DNA from: Alphaproteobacteria bacterium | GTDB lineage: Bacteria; Pseudomonadota; Alphaproteobacteria; JACAEB01 | Assembly: GCA_024236075.1 (NCBI GenBank) | Contig: JACKLE010000006.1 | Location: 23,908-87,907, forward strand | Direction: 5' to 3' | Length of the DNA stretch: 64,000 nucleotides | In this document: piece after piece, positions 54,438 to 63,660 of the stretch | How positions within the stretch are numbered: position 1 is the stretch's first letter | Layout: every line of letters begins with the position of its first letter | Translations under genes and position numbers: made by a program | Notes under the pieces: model-generated | The model's database searches: none | The model's input: the letters and a program-made list of their open reading frames with translations, nothing else | What the model was told of the DNA's origin: nothing

Positions 54438-55988
54438 TTACGGGGTCGGTACGACCTTCGTGTCGCGAATCTCCTGCACGAAGCCCGCCTCGCCCGCGCC
54501 CGTCTTGATGTAGCGCAGCGCCATCAGCACGCCGGGCGCCCCGCTCGTCGCGTTCTCGAGATAGGAGCACGAGGCCGGACCCTGCGGCACCGGGATCGGG
54601 TTGTTCGACCCGTCATAGCCCTCGTTCCACGGCGGGCCGGATTCGTAGTCCGCGACGATGTAGTCGCGCACGACCGGCTTGTAGGGCCAGGTTCCCTGGC
54701 GGACGAAGTCGGGATAGTCCGATCCGTCGCGCTCGAGCGTGTCGACCTCGAGCACCATGCAGCCGAGATGGATCGCGCGGCCCGTGACGTCGTAGACTTG
54801 GCCGTTCTCGTCGAAAGTTACGCCCCCGTCGAAATTCCACCATTGCGGCGTGACGATCGCGAGAAGGGCGCCGTCATGGGTCGCGAACTCGATCTGCGTG
54901 AGGTCCGTCGCATCGCTGCCGGTCAGCAGCTCCGCATCGATCGACGAGCCGAGCGGACCTTCATAGTACCATTCCCAGTCCTTCGCATCGAGCGAGACTT
55001 CGTCCTCCTCGTCGAGCATGTCCGTCGAAAAGACGTAGAGGTGGCTCTTGGAGCTGTCGTATTCGCCTTCCTCCGTATACGCCCAGCAATGGGCGGCCAG
55101 GAAGAGCTTCTCGCTCGTCGCGTCGTAGTGGAGCGCCGGCTCGTTCCACCAGTGGCAGAGATCGATGATGCTTTGGTGCGCGGGCGGAATGGACGGTAGC
55201 TGCGTCAGATCGTAGTCCATGCCCCAGACATAGCCATAGCCGTCGATGTTCGCGCCGGCCGCGACGAGCACCTGGGCATTCTCCATGCCATTGCCCTCGT
55301 CGTCGGTGGCGAGACCGGTCAGCGTGGTCGCGGCCGTCACAAGCAGCTTCTGGCTCGGCGTGAACTGGTTCTTGTGCTTGAAACCGCCCCAGCCGCAGGG
55401 ATAGCCCTCGGCCAGAAAATGCTCCGGCGAAAAATGCGTCTGACGCGTGCCGACCCAGAAGCTCTGCCCGTCCTTCGTCACCTTCACGAGGTTCGCCGTT
55501 TCCATGCCCCAGGTGCCAGCCACGCTCTCCGAGGTCTCGGGGTCGATATAGGGCGCGGGCGCCACATCCGGGTAGGTGTCCCACAATATGCCGCCATAGG
55601 GCGAATTGCGGTTCCAGGAGACGCCGTTGGAGCTCGTCGCATAGTCGATGCGCACGTCCCAGTCGCCGCCCTCGCCGCGACAGCCGGGGTTGGCGTCGGG
55701 ATTGTCGTTGTCGTAGAGGTGCGAATAGAGGACCACGTAGCCGGTCACTCCGGACACGGTGTGCTTGCGGATCGCCGGATCGGCGAATCCGCGGAACCAG
55801 GACGTTCCGCCGTTTTCGCCGGCCATGCCCGGGTCGATCGTCGCGCCGCTGATCGAGAGCAAGGGGCAGTGGTTCGCCCCGCTCGACGCGTCCGGATCGC
55901 AAGTCTTCGTCACCGTCTGCGCCGAGGCCGGCGCGGCTATCACCAAGCCGGCGCCCGCAGCGAGCGCCAGCTTCCAAAGAAGCTTCAT
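54438..55988 (-). CDS. Secreted hypothetical protein, W/Y/D/G/T-rich (possible beta-propeller glycosidase-like fold)
   Basis: ORF track 54438..55988(-). Signal peptide MKLLWKLALAAGAGLVIAAPASA. Strong SD (GGGAGGA) upstream. No family motif recognised. Confidence 0.6.
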   Translation of the reverse strand: MKLLWKLALAAGAGLVIAAPASAQTVTKTCDPDASSGANHCPLLSISGATIDPGMAGENGGTSWFRGFADPAIRKHTVSGVTGYVVLYSHLYDNDNPDANPGCRGEGGDWDVRIDYATSSNGVSWNRNSPYGGILWDTYPDVAPAPYIDPETSESVAGTWGMETANLVKVTKDGQSFWVGTRQTHFSPEHFLAEGYPCGWGGFKHKNQFTPSQKLLVTAATTLTGLATDDEGNGMENAQVLVAAGANIDGYGYVWGMDYDLTQLPSIPPAHQSIIDLCHWWNEPALHYDATSEKLFLAAHCWAYTEEGEYDSSKSHLYVFSTDMLDEEDEVSLDAKDWEWYYEGPLGSSIDAELLTGSDATDLTQIEFATHDGALLAIVTPQWWNFDGGVTFDENGQVYDVTGRAIHLGCMVLEVDTLERDGSDYPDFVRQGTWPYKPVVRDYIVADYESGPPWNEGYDGSNNPIPVPQGPASCSYLENATSGAPGVLMALRYIKTGAGEAGFVQEIRDTKVVPTP

Positions 55989-56242
55989 GCTGAGTCCTCC
56001 CGATTCTTCTCCACACGCTTTGTACGGAGCATTGTGGGGCCGGTGATCCGGCCACGGTCATGATTTCCGGTCGCGGCGGGAGCGTCCAATGGCAATTGGG
56101 CCGCCACGCATAACCGTCGGGAATGAAACGGGGGGCTCTTTCGCTCGATGTATTATTGCCGCCCGCCCGAGGCCGGGAGAGCCTGTCGCCGCGCCCGGCG
56201 CGGACGGGCACGACGCAGACCTGTCGCCGAAGCGAAAAAGTC

Positions 56243-56818
56243 CTAGTCCGGATATTTGTATTGCGGCTGCCAGCCCTTCGCCCCTTCGGGGAAGAGGTCG
56301 AAGAGATGCCAGACGGCGCAGAGATCGTCATAGGGGCCGGCGCCGAGATCGCTCACGCGCACGAGGCGTCCGTCCTTGCGCTGGAAGGCGCAGATTCCGG
56401 GCTGCGGCGCGCCGGTCTGCGATGTGTACCCCATATCGGCGGCAAAGCTCGTGCCGCGATGGCTCACCATCGGAAAGCGCCAGCCGCGCGAGGCGGCGAA
56501 GCGGGCCTGGGCGTCCGGCGGATCGGGGCTCGCGACGACGAAGGCCGCGCGGCTCGCGAGATGCGGATAGACGCCGTTGAATCCGTCCGCCCACAAAGTG
56601 CAGTAGCGGCACCCCGCGCCCATGTTGAGGACGAGGATGAGGTCCTCGTGCCCGCCGAAAAGCTCGGAGAGGCGCACCGGGCCGTCGCGCCCCTGCAGGA
56701 CATAGTCCTCGACGGCTTCCGGCTCGATCTCGGCCTGGACCTTGCGCATGTCCGCCCGGATCGCGCCGATCTGGCGGCGGTAGTCGGCGAGCTTGACGAC
56801 GCTGTCGCGATATTTCAT
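56243..56818 (-). CDS. DUF899 thioredoxin-like family protein
   Basis: ORF track 56243..56818(-). ...LILVLNMGAGCRYCTLWADGFNG... is a thioredoxin-like CxxC region typical of DUF899. ATG overlaps the arsR stop (ATGA). Confidence 0.6.
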   Translation of the reverse strand: MKYRDSVVKLADYRRQIGAIRADMRKVQAEIEPEAVEDYVLQGRDGPVRLSELFGGHEDLILVLNMGAGCRYCTLWADGFNGVYPHLASRAAFVVASPDPPDAQARFAASRGWRFPMVSHRGTSFAADMGYTSQTGAPQPGICAFQRKDGRLVRVSDLGAGPYDDLCAVWHLFDLFPEGAKGWQPQYKYPD

Positions 56819-57231
56819 TCCGGCTCATCTCCCTTGCGCCTGGGCTTGGCCCGCTGCGCGGCACGCTCGTCCATGTCGGCGAGGAAGCCCTTGAGGGTGT
56901 CGAACTGCGCCTGCCAGTAGCGGCTGTAGCGGTTCATCCACACGGCCGCCTGGTAGATCGGGCCCGCATCGAGGTGGCAGCGGCTGATGCGGCCGGAGCG
57001 CTCCTGCGTGACGAGGCCCGCGCGCGCCAGCACCTGGATGTGGCGCGAGATAGCCTGCAGCGAGATGGGGAAGGGCGCGGCGATCTCGGAGACGGTGAGC
57101 GCGCCCTCGCTCACGCGCTCGAGAATGGCGCGGCGGACGGGATCGCTCAGCGCGAAGAAGACGAGGTCCAGTGTCTCCTCGTCCGGCTCTCGCTCGGGGT
57201 CGGGCAGGGCGGGTGCGGGTCCGGCGGTCAT
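56815..57231 (-). CDS. ArsR/SmtB-family transcriptional regulator
   Basis: Track ORF 56815..57381(-). Start at MTAGPAPALPDPER (ATG 57231). HTH ...FALSDPVRRAILERVSEGALTVSEIAAPFPISLQAISRHIQVLARAGLV... Confidence 0.8.
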   Translation of the reverse strand: MTAGPAPALPDPEREPDEETLDLVFFALSDPVRRAILERVSEGALTVSEIAAPFPISLQAISRHIQVLARAGLVTQERSGRISRCHLDAGPIYQAAVWMNRYSRYWQAQFDTLKGFLADMDERAAQRAKPRRKGDEPE

Positions 57232-57243
57232 GAGGGCGATATA

Positions 57244-57280
57244 ATCAACCGATATATTGAATGTCAACAATGACGTTGAT
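57244..57280. promoter_or_regulatory. AT-rich operator-like region with TCAAC/GTTGA half-sites (ATCAAC...TCAAC-aatgac-GTTGAT) in the arsR/lrp divergent promoter
   Basis: Read directly from the sequence. Only AT-rich stretch in the 150-bp divergent intergenic region. Confidence 0.35.
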
Positions 57281-57380
57281 CGGCAGCGCCTCGGGACAGT
57301 CCTAGCCGCGACGCTTGCCCTACGCGGCGGCAGGAGAGAAAATCTCTCGCGATGACGCAGACAATCGCGACGGCATTGCA

Positions 57381-57872
57381 ATGATGGACAGCCCGCTCGC
57401 GCTCGACCGCTTCGAGATCGCGATCCTGGCGCGGCTTCAGACGGATGCCCGTCTCGCCCTCAACGATCTCGCGGCCGAGCTCGGCCTTTCGCATTCCGCC
57501 TGCTGGCGGCGCGTCCGCCGCCTGGAAGAGGAAGGCGTCATCCGCGCGCGCGTCGCGCTCCTCGACCGCGCCCGGCTCGGGCTCGACTTCCTCGTCCTCG
57601 CCTCGGTGAAGCTGGCCCAGCCGAACCGCGCCAATATGGACGCCTTCGAGGCCGCGGTGCGCCGCTGGCCGGAGGTGCTCGACTGCTACACCGTGACCGG
57701 CGCCGTCGACTACATGCTCCGCATCGTCACGACCGACATCAAGGCCTACGACGCATTCCTGCGCTCCGCCCTCCTCGAGGAGCCGCATGTCCAGGACGTC
57801 GAATCGCGCATCGTCGTCCACGCCGTGAAGGAGACGACCGCGCTGCCGCTCCCGCCCCTCCGGGTGGACTAG
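57381..57872 (+). CDS. Lrp/AsnC-family transcriptional regulator
   Basis: Track ORF 57315..57872(+). Start at MMDSPLALDRFEIAILARLQTDARL. HTH_AsnC + RAM domain (…VLASVKLAQPNRANMDAFEAAVRRWPEVLDCYTVTGAVDYMLRIV). Confidence 0.85.
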   Translation: MMDSPLALDRFEIAILARLQTDARLALNDLAAELGLSHSACWRRVRRLEEEGVIRARVALLDRARLGLDFLVLASVKLAQPNRANMDAFEAAVRRWPEVLDCYTVTGAVDYMLRIVTTDIKAYDAFLRSALLEEPHVQDVESRIVVHAVKETTALPLPPLRVD

Positions 57873-58025
57873 CGCTGTGAAACACGATTGCGGGAAAGCC
57901 GCTAGTTCGCGCGATGTAGTCTCGAAAGGCCTGCCTAGACTCCGGTCATCGGTGGTGAGATTTCACCAATGAAGGCGCATAGTCGGTGCGAGCCCACATT
58001 CCACGGCTCCGGGAGGACTGGCCCC

Positions 58026-61000
58026 ATGAAGCCGATCGCGATCTCCCTCGACGACAAGTATGAGGCCCGGCAAGGCACGGTCTTCCTGACCGGCATCCAG
58101 GCCCTGGTGCGCGCGCTCATGGACCAGAGCCGCGCGGACCGCCTGGCGGGGCGAACGACGGGCGGCTTCGTCTCGGGCTATCGCGGCTCGCCGGTCGGCG
58201 GGCTCGACCAGCAGCTCTGGCGCGCCGAGCGCTTCCTCGAGGCCCACGACATCCGCTTCACGCCCGGCGTCAACGAGGACACGGCGGCCACCGCCGTCTG
58301 GGGCTCCCAGCAGCTCGACATCCTGCGCAACGGGCGCGTCGAGGGCGTGTTCGGCATGTGGTACGGCAAGGCGCCGGGCGTCGACCGCTCGGCCGACGCG
58401 CTGCGCCACGCCAATTTCGACGGAACCTCCGTGCACGGCGGCGTCCTCGCGGTGGCCGGCGACGACCATGACTGCAAGTCCTCGACCCTGCCGAGCCAGA
58501 GCGAGATGAGCCTCGCGAGCGTCGAGATCCCCTTCCTCAATCCCGCCGGCGTGCAGGAGGTGCTCGACTACGCGCTGATGGGCTGGGCGCTCTCGCGCGT
58601 GTCGAGCCTCTGGATCGGCCTCATCGCGATCGCCGATACGATGGACAGCGGCGCGAGCGTCCTCGTCGATCCCGCGCGCCACCGCATCCGCTTTCCCGAA
58701 GGCTGGGAGAAGCGGCGCCGCGCCATGGACTTCACCATCGTCGAAGCCGCGCTCGACAAGGAGAAGCGCATCCGCCGGTTCGGCATCCCGGCGGCCCATG
58801 AGATGGTTCGCCTCAACGGGCTCGACCGCAGGCTTTGGCCGTCGCACGATCGCCGCCTCGGCATCGTGACGACCGGCAAGGCCTATCTCGACGTCCTCGA
58901 GACGCTCGCCTTTCTGGGGCTCGACGAGCGCAGCGCGGGCGCGCTCGGCCTCGAGATCTACAAGGTGGCGATGCCCTGGCCGCTCGAGCGCGAGGGCGCG
59001 CGCGCCTTCGCGGGCGGCCTTCAGAAGGTGCTCGTCGTCGAGCACAAGCGCCCGCTTCTCGAGCCGCAGCTTCGCGACGCGCTCTACGACCTGCCGGACG
59101 GCCGGCGGCCCCAGATCGAGGGAAAGCGCACGCAGGGCGGCGCGCCGCTGCTCGCCGACACGGCGAGCCTCACCATGGTCGAGATCGCCCGCGCGATCGC
59201 CTCCTGGCTGCCCGAAGGACCGCATACAGACGAGATCGCCGAGCGCGTGCGCCGGCTGGAGCGCCTGGAGGCGCGCCTGCCCGAGCTGCTCGGCGCCCCG
59301 ACGCGCGCGCCCGTCTTCTGCTCGGGCTGTCCGCACAACACCTCGACCAACGTGCCCGAGGGCTCGCAGGCCTATGGCGGGATCGGCTGCCATTCCATGG
59401 CGCTGATGTCCAAGGAGCGCACCGCGACCTTCACCCATATGGGAGCGGAGGGCACGAGCTGGATCGGCCAGGCGCCCTTCGCGAAGACGAGCCATGTCTT
59501 CGTCAATATCGGCGACGGCACCTACTACCATTCCGGCATCCTCGCGATCCGCGCTTCCATCTCGGCGGGCGTCAACGTCACCTACAAGCTCCTCTATAAC
59601 GACGCGGTGGCAATGACGGGCGGCCAGCCGATCGAGGGCGGCCTCAGCGTCGCCGCCGCCGCGCGGCAGATCGCGGCGGAAGGGGCGAAGAGGATCGTCA
59701 TCGTCAGCGATACGCCGGACATCTACCGCGCGGATGCGAGCCTCGGGTCCGCCGGCATCGCGGTCGAGCATCGCGATCGTCTCGATGCGGTTCAAAGGGA
59801 GCTGCGCGAGATTCCGGGCGTCACCGTCCTGATCTACGCGCAGGTCTGCGCCGCCGAGAAGCGCCGCAGGCGCAAGCGCGGCCTCATGGAGGACCCGCCG
59901 AAGCGCCTGTTCATCAACGAAGAGGTGTGCGAGGGCTGCGGCGATTGCACCGTCCAGTCGAACTGCATCTCCGTCGAGCCGCTGGAGACGGCCTTCGGGC
60001 GCAAGCGCCGCATCAACCAGTCCGCCTGCAACAAGGACTATTCCTGCGCCAAGGGCTTCTGCCCGAGCTTCGTCGAGCTCGAAGGCGCGAGCCTGAAGGC
60101 CGCGGATGCGGACGGGTGGGAAGCGCTCCGGGAGCGGATCGAAGCGCTGCCGGAGCCCGCGCGCGCTGCCGGGAGCGAGACGGCGAACATCCTCATCGCC
60201 GGCATCGGCGGCACCGGCGTCACGACCTTGAGCGCCATTCTGGGCTTCGCCGCCCATCTCGACGGGCGCAAGGCCGCGACGCTCGACATGACGGGCCTTG
60301 CGCAGAAGGGCGGGGCGGTGCTTTCGCATGTGCGCCTCTTCGCCGAGGGCGCCGCGCCCGCGGGCGCCCGTCTGCCGCCCCACGGCGCCGACCTACTCCT
60401 GGCCGCGGACGGGCTCGTCGCCGCCAGCGAGGCGGGGCTCGGCCTTCTCGATCCCGAGCGCACGGTGACGCTCCTCAACGGGCACATCGCTCCGACGGCG
60501 GATTTTCTCCTCGACAATGCGCACGCCGCGGACGCCGAGGACGTCGCCCGCAGGCTCGCCGCGGCCTCGCGCAGCCTTGCCCGGCTCGACGCGGCGCGCC
60601 TCGCCGAGCTCGCCTTCGGCGACGAGCTCTACACGAACATGATCCTTCTCGGACATGCCTTCGAGATGGGGCTCGTGCCGCTCGGCTCCGACGCGATCGC
60701 GAGCGCTATCCGCCTCAACGGCGTCGCGGTGGAGGCAAATCTCGGGGCCTTCGGCCTCGGACGCCTCGCGGCCGCCGATCCTGCCGCGCTCGAGGCTTTC
60801 CGCGCGCGCGGCGAGGACGGTGCGCGCATCGCGCCGCGCGGCCTCGAGGCCATTCTCGCGCACCGGTCGCGCCACCTCGCCGCCTACCGGGACGAAGCCT
60901 ATGCCGCGCGCTATCGTGCCCTCGTCGCGCGCGTCGCCGCCCGGGAGGCCGAGATCGCGCCGGGCTCGACGCAGCTCGCCGAGGCCGCGGCGAGATCCTA

Positions 61001-61508
61001 TGCGAAGCTCCTCGCCTACAAGGACGAGTACGAGGTCGCCCGTCTCTATACGGATGAGCAATTCCGGCGCCGCCTCGCCGCGCAGTTCGACGAGACGGGC
61101 GTCAAGCGCGTGCTCCTCGCGCCGCCGCTCCTCGCGCGCCGGGACAAGGCGACGGGCCGGCCGCAGAAGAGGGCCTTCGGGCCGTGGATTTTCTCGTTCT
61201 TTGGGGTCCTCGCGCGTCTCAAGGGCCTGCGCGGCACGCCGTTCGATCCGTTCGGCCGCACGGCCGAACGGCGCCTCGAGCGCGCGCTCATCGCGCAGTA
61301 TGAGGCCGATATTGCCCGCCTCCTCGCCGAGCTGACGCCGGAGCGCCTTGGCCTTGCCGCGGCCATCGCCGGGCTGCCCGAGCGCATTCGCGGATTCGGC
61401 CCGGTGAAGGAGGCGAGCGCCGCGCGCGCGGCGGCCGAGCGCGAACGGCTCTGGACGGAGCTTGCGGCCGTCTCGCGGCCTCCTTCAGCGCGCGCGGCGG
61501 CCGAATAA
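58026..61508 (+). CDS. Indolepyruvate:ferredoxin oxidoreductase family protein (fused IorA/IorB, ~1160 aa)
   Basis: Track ORF 57969..61508(+). Start at MKPIAISLDDKYEARQGTVFLTGIQALVRAL. TPP-binding GDGTYYHSG. 4Fe-4S CxxCxxCxxxC (CEGCGDCTVQSNC). Confidence 0.85.
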   Translation: MKPIAISLDDKYEARQGTVFLTGIQALVRALMDQSRADRLAGRTTGGFVSGYRGSPVGGLDQQLWRAERFLEAHDIRFTPGVNEDTAATAVWGSQQLDILRNGRVEGVFGMWYGKAPGVDRSADALRHANFDGTSVHGGVLAVAGDDHDCKSSTLPSQSEMSLASVEIPFLNPAGVQEVLDYALMGWALSRVSSLWIGLIAIADTMDSGASVLVDPARHRIRFPEGWEKRRRAMDFTIVEAALDKEKRIRRFGIPAAHEMVRLNGLDRRLWPSHDRRLGIVTTGKAYLDVLETLAFLGLDERSAGALGLEIYKVAMPWPLEREGARAFAGGLQKVLVVEHKRPLLEPQLRDALYDLPDGRRPQIEGKRTQGGAPLLADTASLTMVEIARAIASWLPEGPHTDEIAERVRRLERLEARLPELLGAPTRAPVFCSGCPHNTSTNVPEGSQAYGGIGCHSMALMSKERTATFTHMGAEGTSWIGQAPFAKTSHVFVNIGDGTYYHSGILAIRASISAGVNVTYKLLYNDAVAMTGGQPIEGGLSVAAAARQIAAEGAKRIVIVSDTPDIYRADASLGSAGIAVEHRDRLDAVQRELREIPGVTVLIYAQVCAAEKRRRRKRGLMEDPPKRLFINEEVCEGCGDCTVQSNCISVEPLETAFGRKRRINQSACNKDYSCAKGFCPSFVELEGASLKAADADGWEALRERIEALPEPARAAGSETANILIAGIGGTGVTTLSAILGFAAHLDGRKAATLDMTGLAQKGGAVLSHVRLFAEGAAPAGARLPPHGADLLLAADGLVAASEAGLGLLDPERTVTLLNGHIAPTADFLLDNAHAADAEDVARRLAAASRSLARLDAARLAELAFGDELYTNMILLGHAFEMGLVPLGSDAIASAIRLNGVAVEANLGAFGLGRLAAADPAALEAFRARGEDGARIAPRGLEAILAHRSRHLAAYRDEAYAARYRALVARVAAREAEIAPGSTQLAEAAARSYAKLLAYKDEYEVARLYTDEQFRRRLAAQFDETGVKRVLLAPPLLARRDKATGRPQKRAFGPWIFSFFGVLARLKGLRGTPFDPFGRTAERRLERALIAQYEADIARLLAELTPERLGLAAAIAGLPERIRGFGPVKEASAARAAAERERLWTELAAVSRPPSARAAAE

Positions 61509-61592
61509 GGGGCTACTCGCGCCTGCGCGCGCGCTGGGCTATGAGTCGGGCGTCAGATCAAAGATCGCTCATCGCTCCGAGGGAGACGCCCG

Positions 61593-62801
61593 ATGCAGAT
61601 TTCCCCCATTCCCGGCCTCGCCGACGACATCAACGAGATCCGCCTCAAGACTGCGGCCATCGTCAACGAGGAGATCATCCCGAACGAGCCCGTTCTCGGC
61701 CAGGGCGGAGAGGATGCTCACAAGATCCGTGAGCGGATCCGCGCGCGCGTGCGCCGCGAGGGCCTCTGGGCGCCCCATCTGCCGAAGGAATATGGCGGCA
61801 TGGGCATCGGCTTCCTCAAGCACGCCTATATGAACGAGGTGATGGCCTTTTCGCCCTTCTCGGCCCGGCTCTTCGGCGTCGAGGCGCCGAACGCGGGCAA
61901 TGCGAAGATCCTCGTCAAATATGGCAGCCCCGAGCAGAAGAGGGACTGGCTCGAGCCGCTGGTGCGCGGCGAGATGGAGAGCTGCTTCTCCATGACCGAG
62001 CCGAACTCGTCGGGCTCCGACCCGCGCTCGCTGAAGACCACGGCCGTGCGCGACGGCAACGAGTGGGTCATCAACGGGCACAAATGGTTCACCTCGAACG
62101 GCCGGCGCGCCGATTTCGCCATCGTCATGTGCCGCACCGAGGACGAGGGCGGGCGCAACGACAAGATGACCCAGATCATCGTGCCGATGAAAAGCGAGGG
62201 CGTGAACATCGTCCGTTCGGTGCCCGTCTGGGGCCATACCCACGGCGATCATTGCGAGATCAAATACGAGAACGTCCGTGTGCCGATCACGAATCAGCTC
62301 GGCGAGCGCGGCACCGGGCACAAGGCGGCGCAGGACCGCCTCGGCGCGGGGCGCGTCTTCCATTGCATGAACGCGGTCGGCGGCATGTGGCGCGCCTTCG
62401 ACCTCATGAACAGGCGCGCCCTGTCGCGCGAGGTCTTCGGCGGAAAGCTTGCCGAGAAGCAGTTCATCCAGGGCTTCATCGCCGAGAGCTACATGGACAT
62501 CCAGACCTCCCGGCTGCTCACCATCCACACGGCGAACGTCATAGAGAGCGGGGGCGATCCGCGTACCGACATCTCCGCGCTGAAGGTCTATGTGCCGAAC
62601 GCCTATCAGCGCGTCGTCGACCGCGCGATCCAGGTCTATGGCGGCATGGGCGTGTCGGGCGACCTGCCGCTCGCCGGCATGTTCACGGGCGCGCGCACGC
62701 TCAGGATCGCCGACGGCGCGGACGAGGTGCACAAGATCCTCATCGCGCGCAACGTGCTCAGGGTCTACAAGGAAGGCCGCACCTGGGATTTCGGCCTCTG
62801 A
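61593..62801 (+). CDS. Acyl-CoA dehydrogenase family protein
   Basis: ORF track 61593..62801(+). ...GSPEQKRDWLEPLVRGEMESCFSMTEPNSSGSDPRSL... and the C-terminal ...QVYGGMGVSGDLPLAGMF...RIADGADEVH... are ACAD N/M/C-domain motifs. Confidence 0.85.
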   Translation: MQISPIPGLADDINEIRLKTAAIVNEEIIPNEPVLGQGGEDAHKIRERIRARVRREGLWAPHLPKEYGGMGIGFLKHAYMNEVMAFSPFSARLFGVEAPNAGNAKILVKYGSPEQKRDWLEPLVRGEMESCFSMTEPNSSGSDPRSLKTTAVRDGNEWVINGHKWFTSNGRRADFAIVMCRTEDEGGRNDKMTQIIVPMKSEGVNIVRSVPVWGHTHGDHCEIKYENVRVPITNQLGERGTGHKAAQDRLGAGRVFHCMNAVGGMWRAFDLMNRRALSREVFGGKLAEKQFIQGFIAESYMDIQTSRLLTIHTANVIESGGDPRTDISALKVYVPNAYQRVVDRAIQVYGGMGVSGDLPLAGMFTGARTLRIADGADEVHKILIARNVLRVYKEGRTWDFGL

Positions 62802-62829
62802 CGGCCGAATCACCGGGCAAGGAGGACCC

Positions 62830-63621
62830 ATGCCGCTCGCCGACCGCTTCTCCATGTCGGGCCGCCGCGCGCTCGTCACCGGCGCGAGCATGAGCATGGG
62901 GCGCGAGATCGCGCTCGCCTTCGCCGAGGCCGGCGCCGACGTCGCGGTCCACTTCGCCTCGCGCATCGACGAGGCGCTGGGCCTCGGGAGCGCCGCGGGC
63001 GAGGTGGCGGCCGAGATCGAACGGCTCGGCAGGCGCGCGGTGCTCGTCGATGCCGATCTCGGCGAGACGGGGGCAGGCCGGCGCGCCGTCGAGGCGGCGA
63101 TCGCGGGCCTGGGCGCCGTCGACGTGCTCGTCGTCTGCGCTTCGGTTCAGCGCTGGGAGACCTTCGAGGAGGCGAGCGAGAAGGCGGTCGCCTTGCAGGT
63201 CCAGGTCGATTTCCTCGCGACCATCGAGCTCATGCAGGCCGCGCTGCCGGGCATGAAGGAGCGCCATTGGGGCCGCGTGCTGACGATCGGCTCCATCAAC
63301 GAGAAGCGGCCGCACGAGCACCTCGCCGTCTATGCGGCCTTGAAAAGCGCGCAGGCCAATCTCGCCATGGGGCTCGCGAAGCGCTATGCGGCGCACGGCG
63401 TCACCGTGAACAATATCGCGCCCGGCCTCGTCCACACCGTGCGCAATCGCTTTCGCCGCGAGGATCCGGACGGCTGGGCGCTCATCCAGCAGGGCGCGAA
63501 CCCCATGCACCGCGCCGGCCGGCCGGAAGAGATCGCGCCGGCCGCGCTCCTTCTCTGCTCGGAGGCCGGCAGCTTCATCACCGGCGCCAATCTCGACATC
63601 GGAGGCGGGGCGCATCTTTGA
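62830..63621 (+). CDS. Short-chain dehydrogenase/reductase (SDR) family oxidoreductase
   Basis: In frame in track ORF 62590..63621. ATG 62830 with RBS AAGGAGGA. Rossmann TGASMSMGREIA. Catalytic YxxxK (YAALK). Confidence 0.85.
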   Translation: MPLADRFSMSGRRALVTGASMSMGREIALAFAEAGADVAVHFASRIDEALGLGSAAGEVAAEIERLGRRAVLVDADLGETGAGRRAVEAAIAGLGAVDVLVVCASVQRWETFEEASEKAVALQVQVDFLATIELMQAALPGMKERHWGRVLTIGSINEKRPHEHLAVYAALKSAQANLAMGLAKRYAAHGVTVNNIAPGLVHTVRNRFRREDPDGWALIQQGANPMHRAGRPEEIAPAALLLCSEAGSFITGANLDIGGGAHL

Positions 63622-63660
63622 GGCGCCCCGCCGAATTGGGCCATCGGCCGTCTGCCCGGC

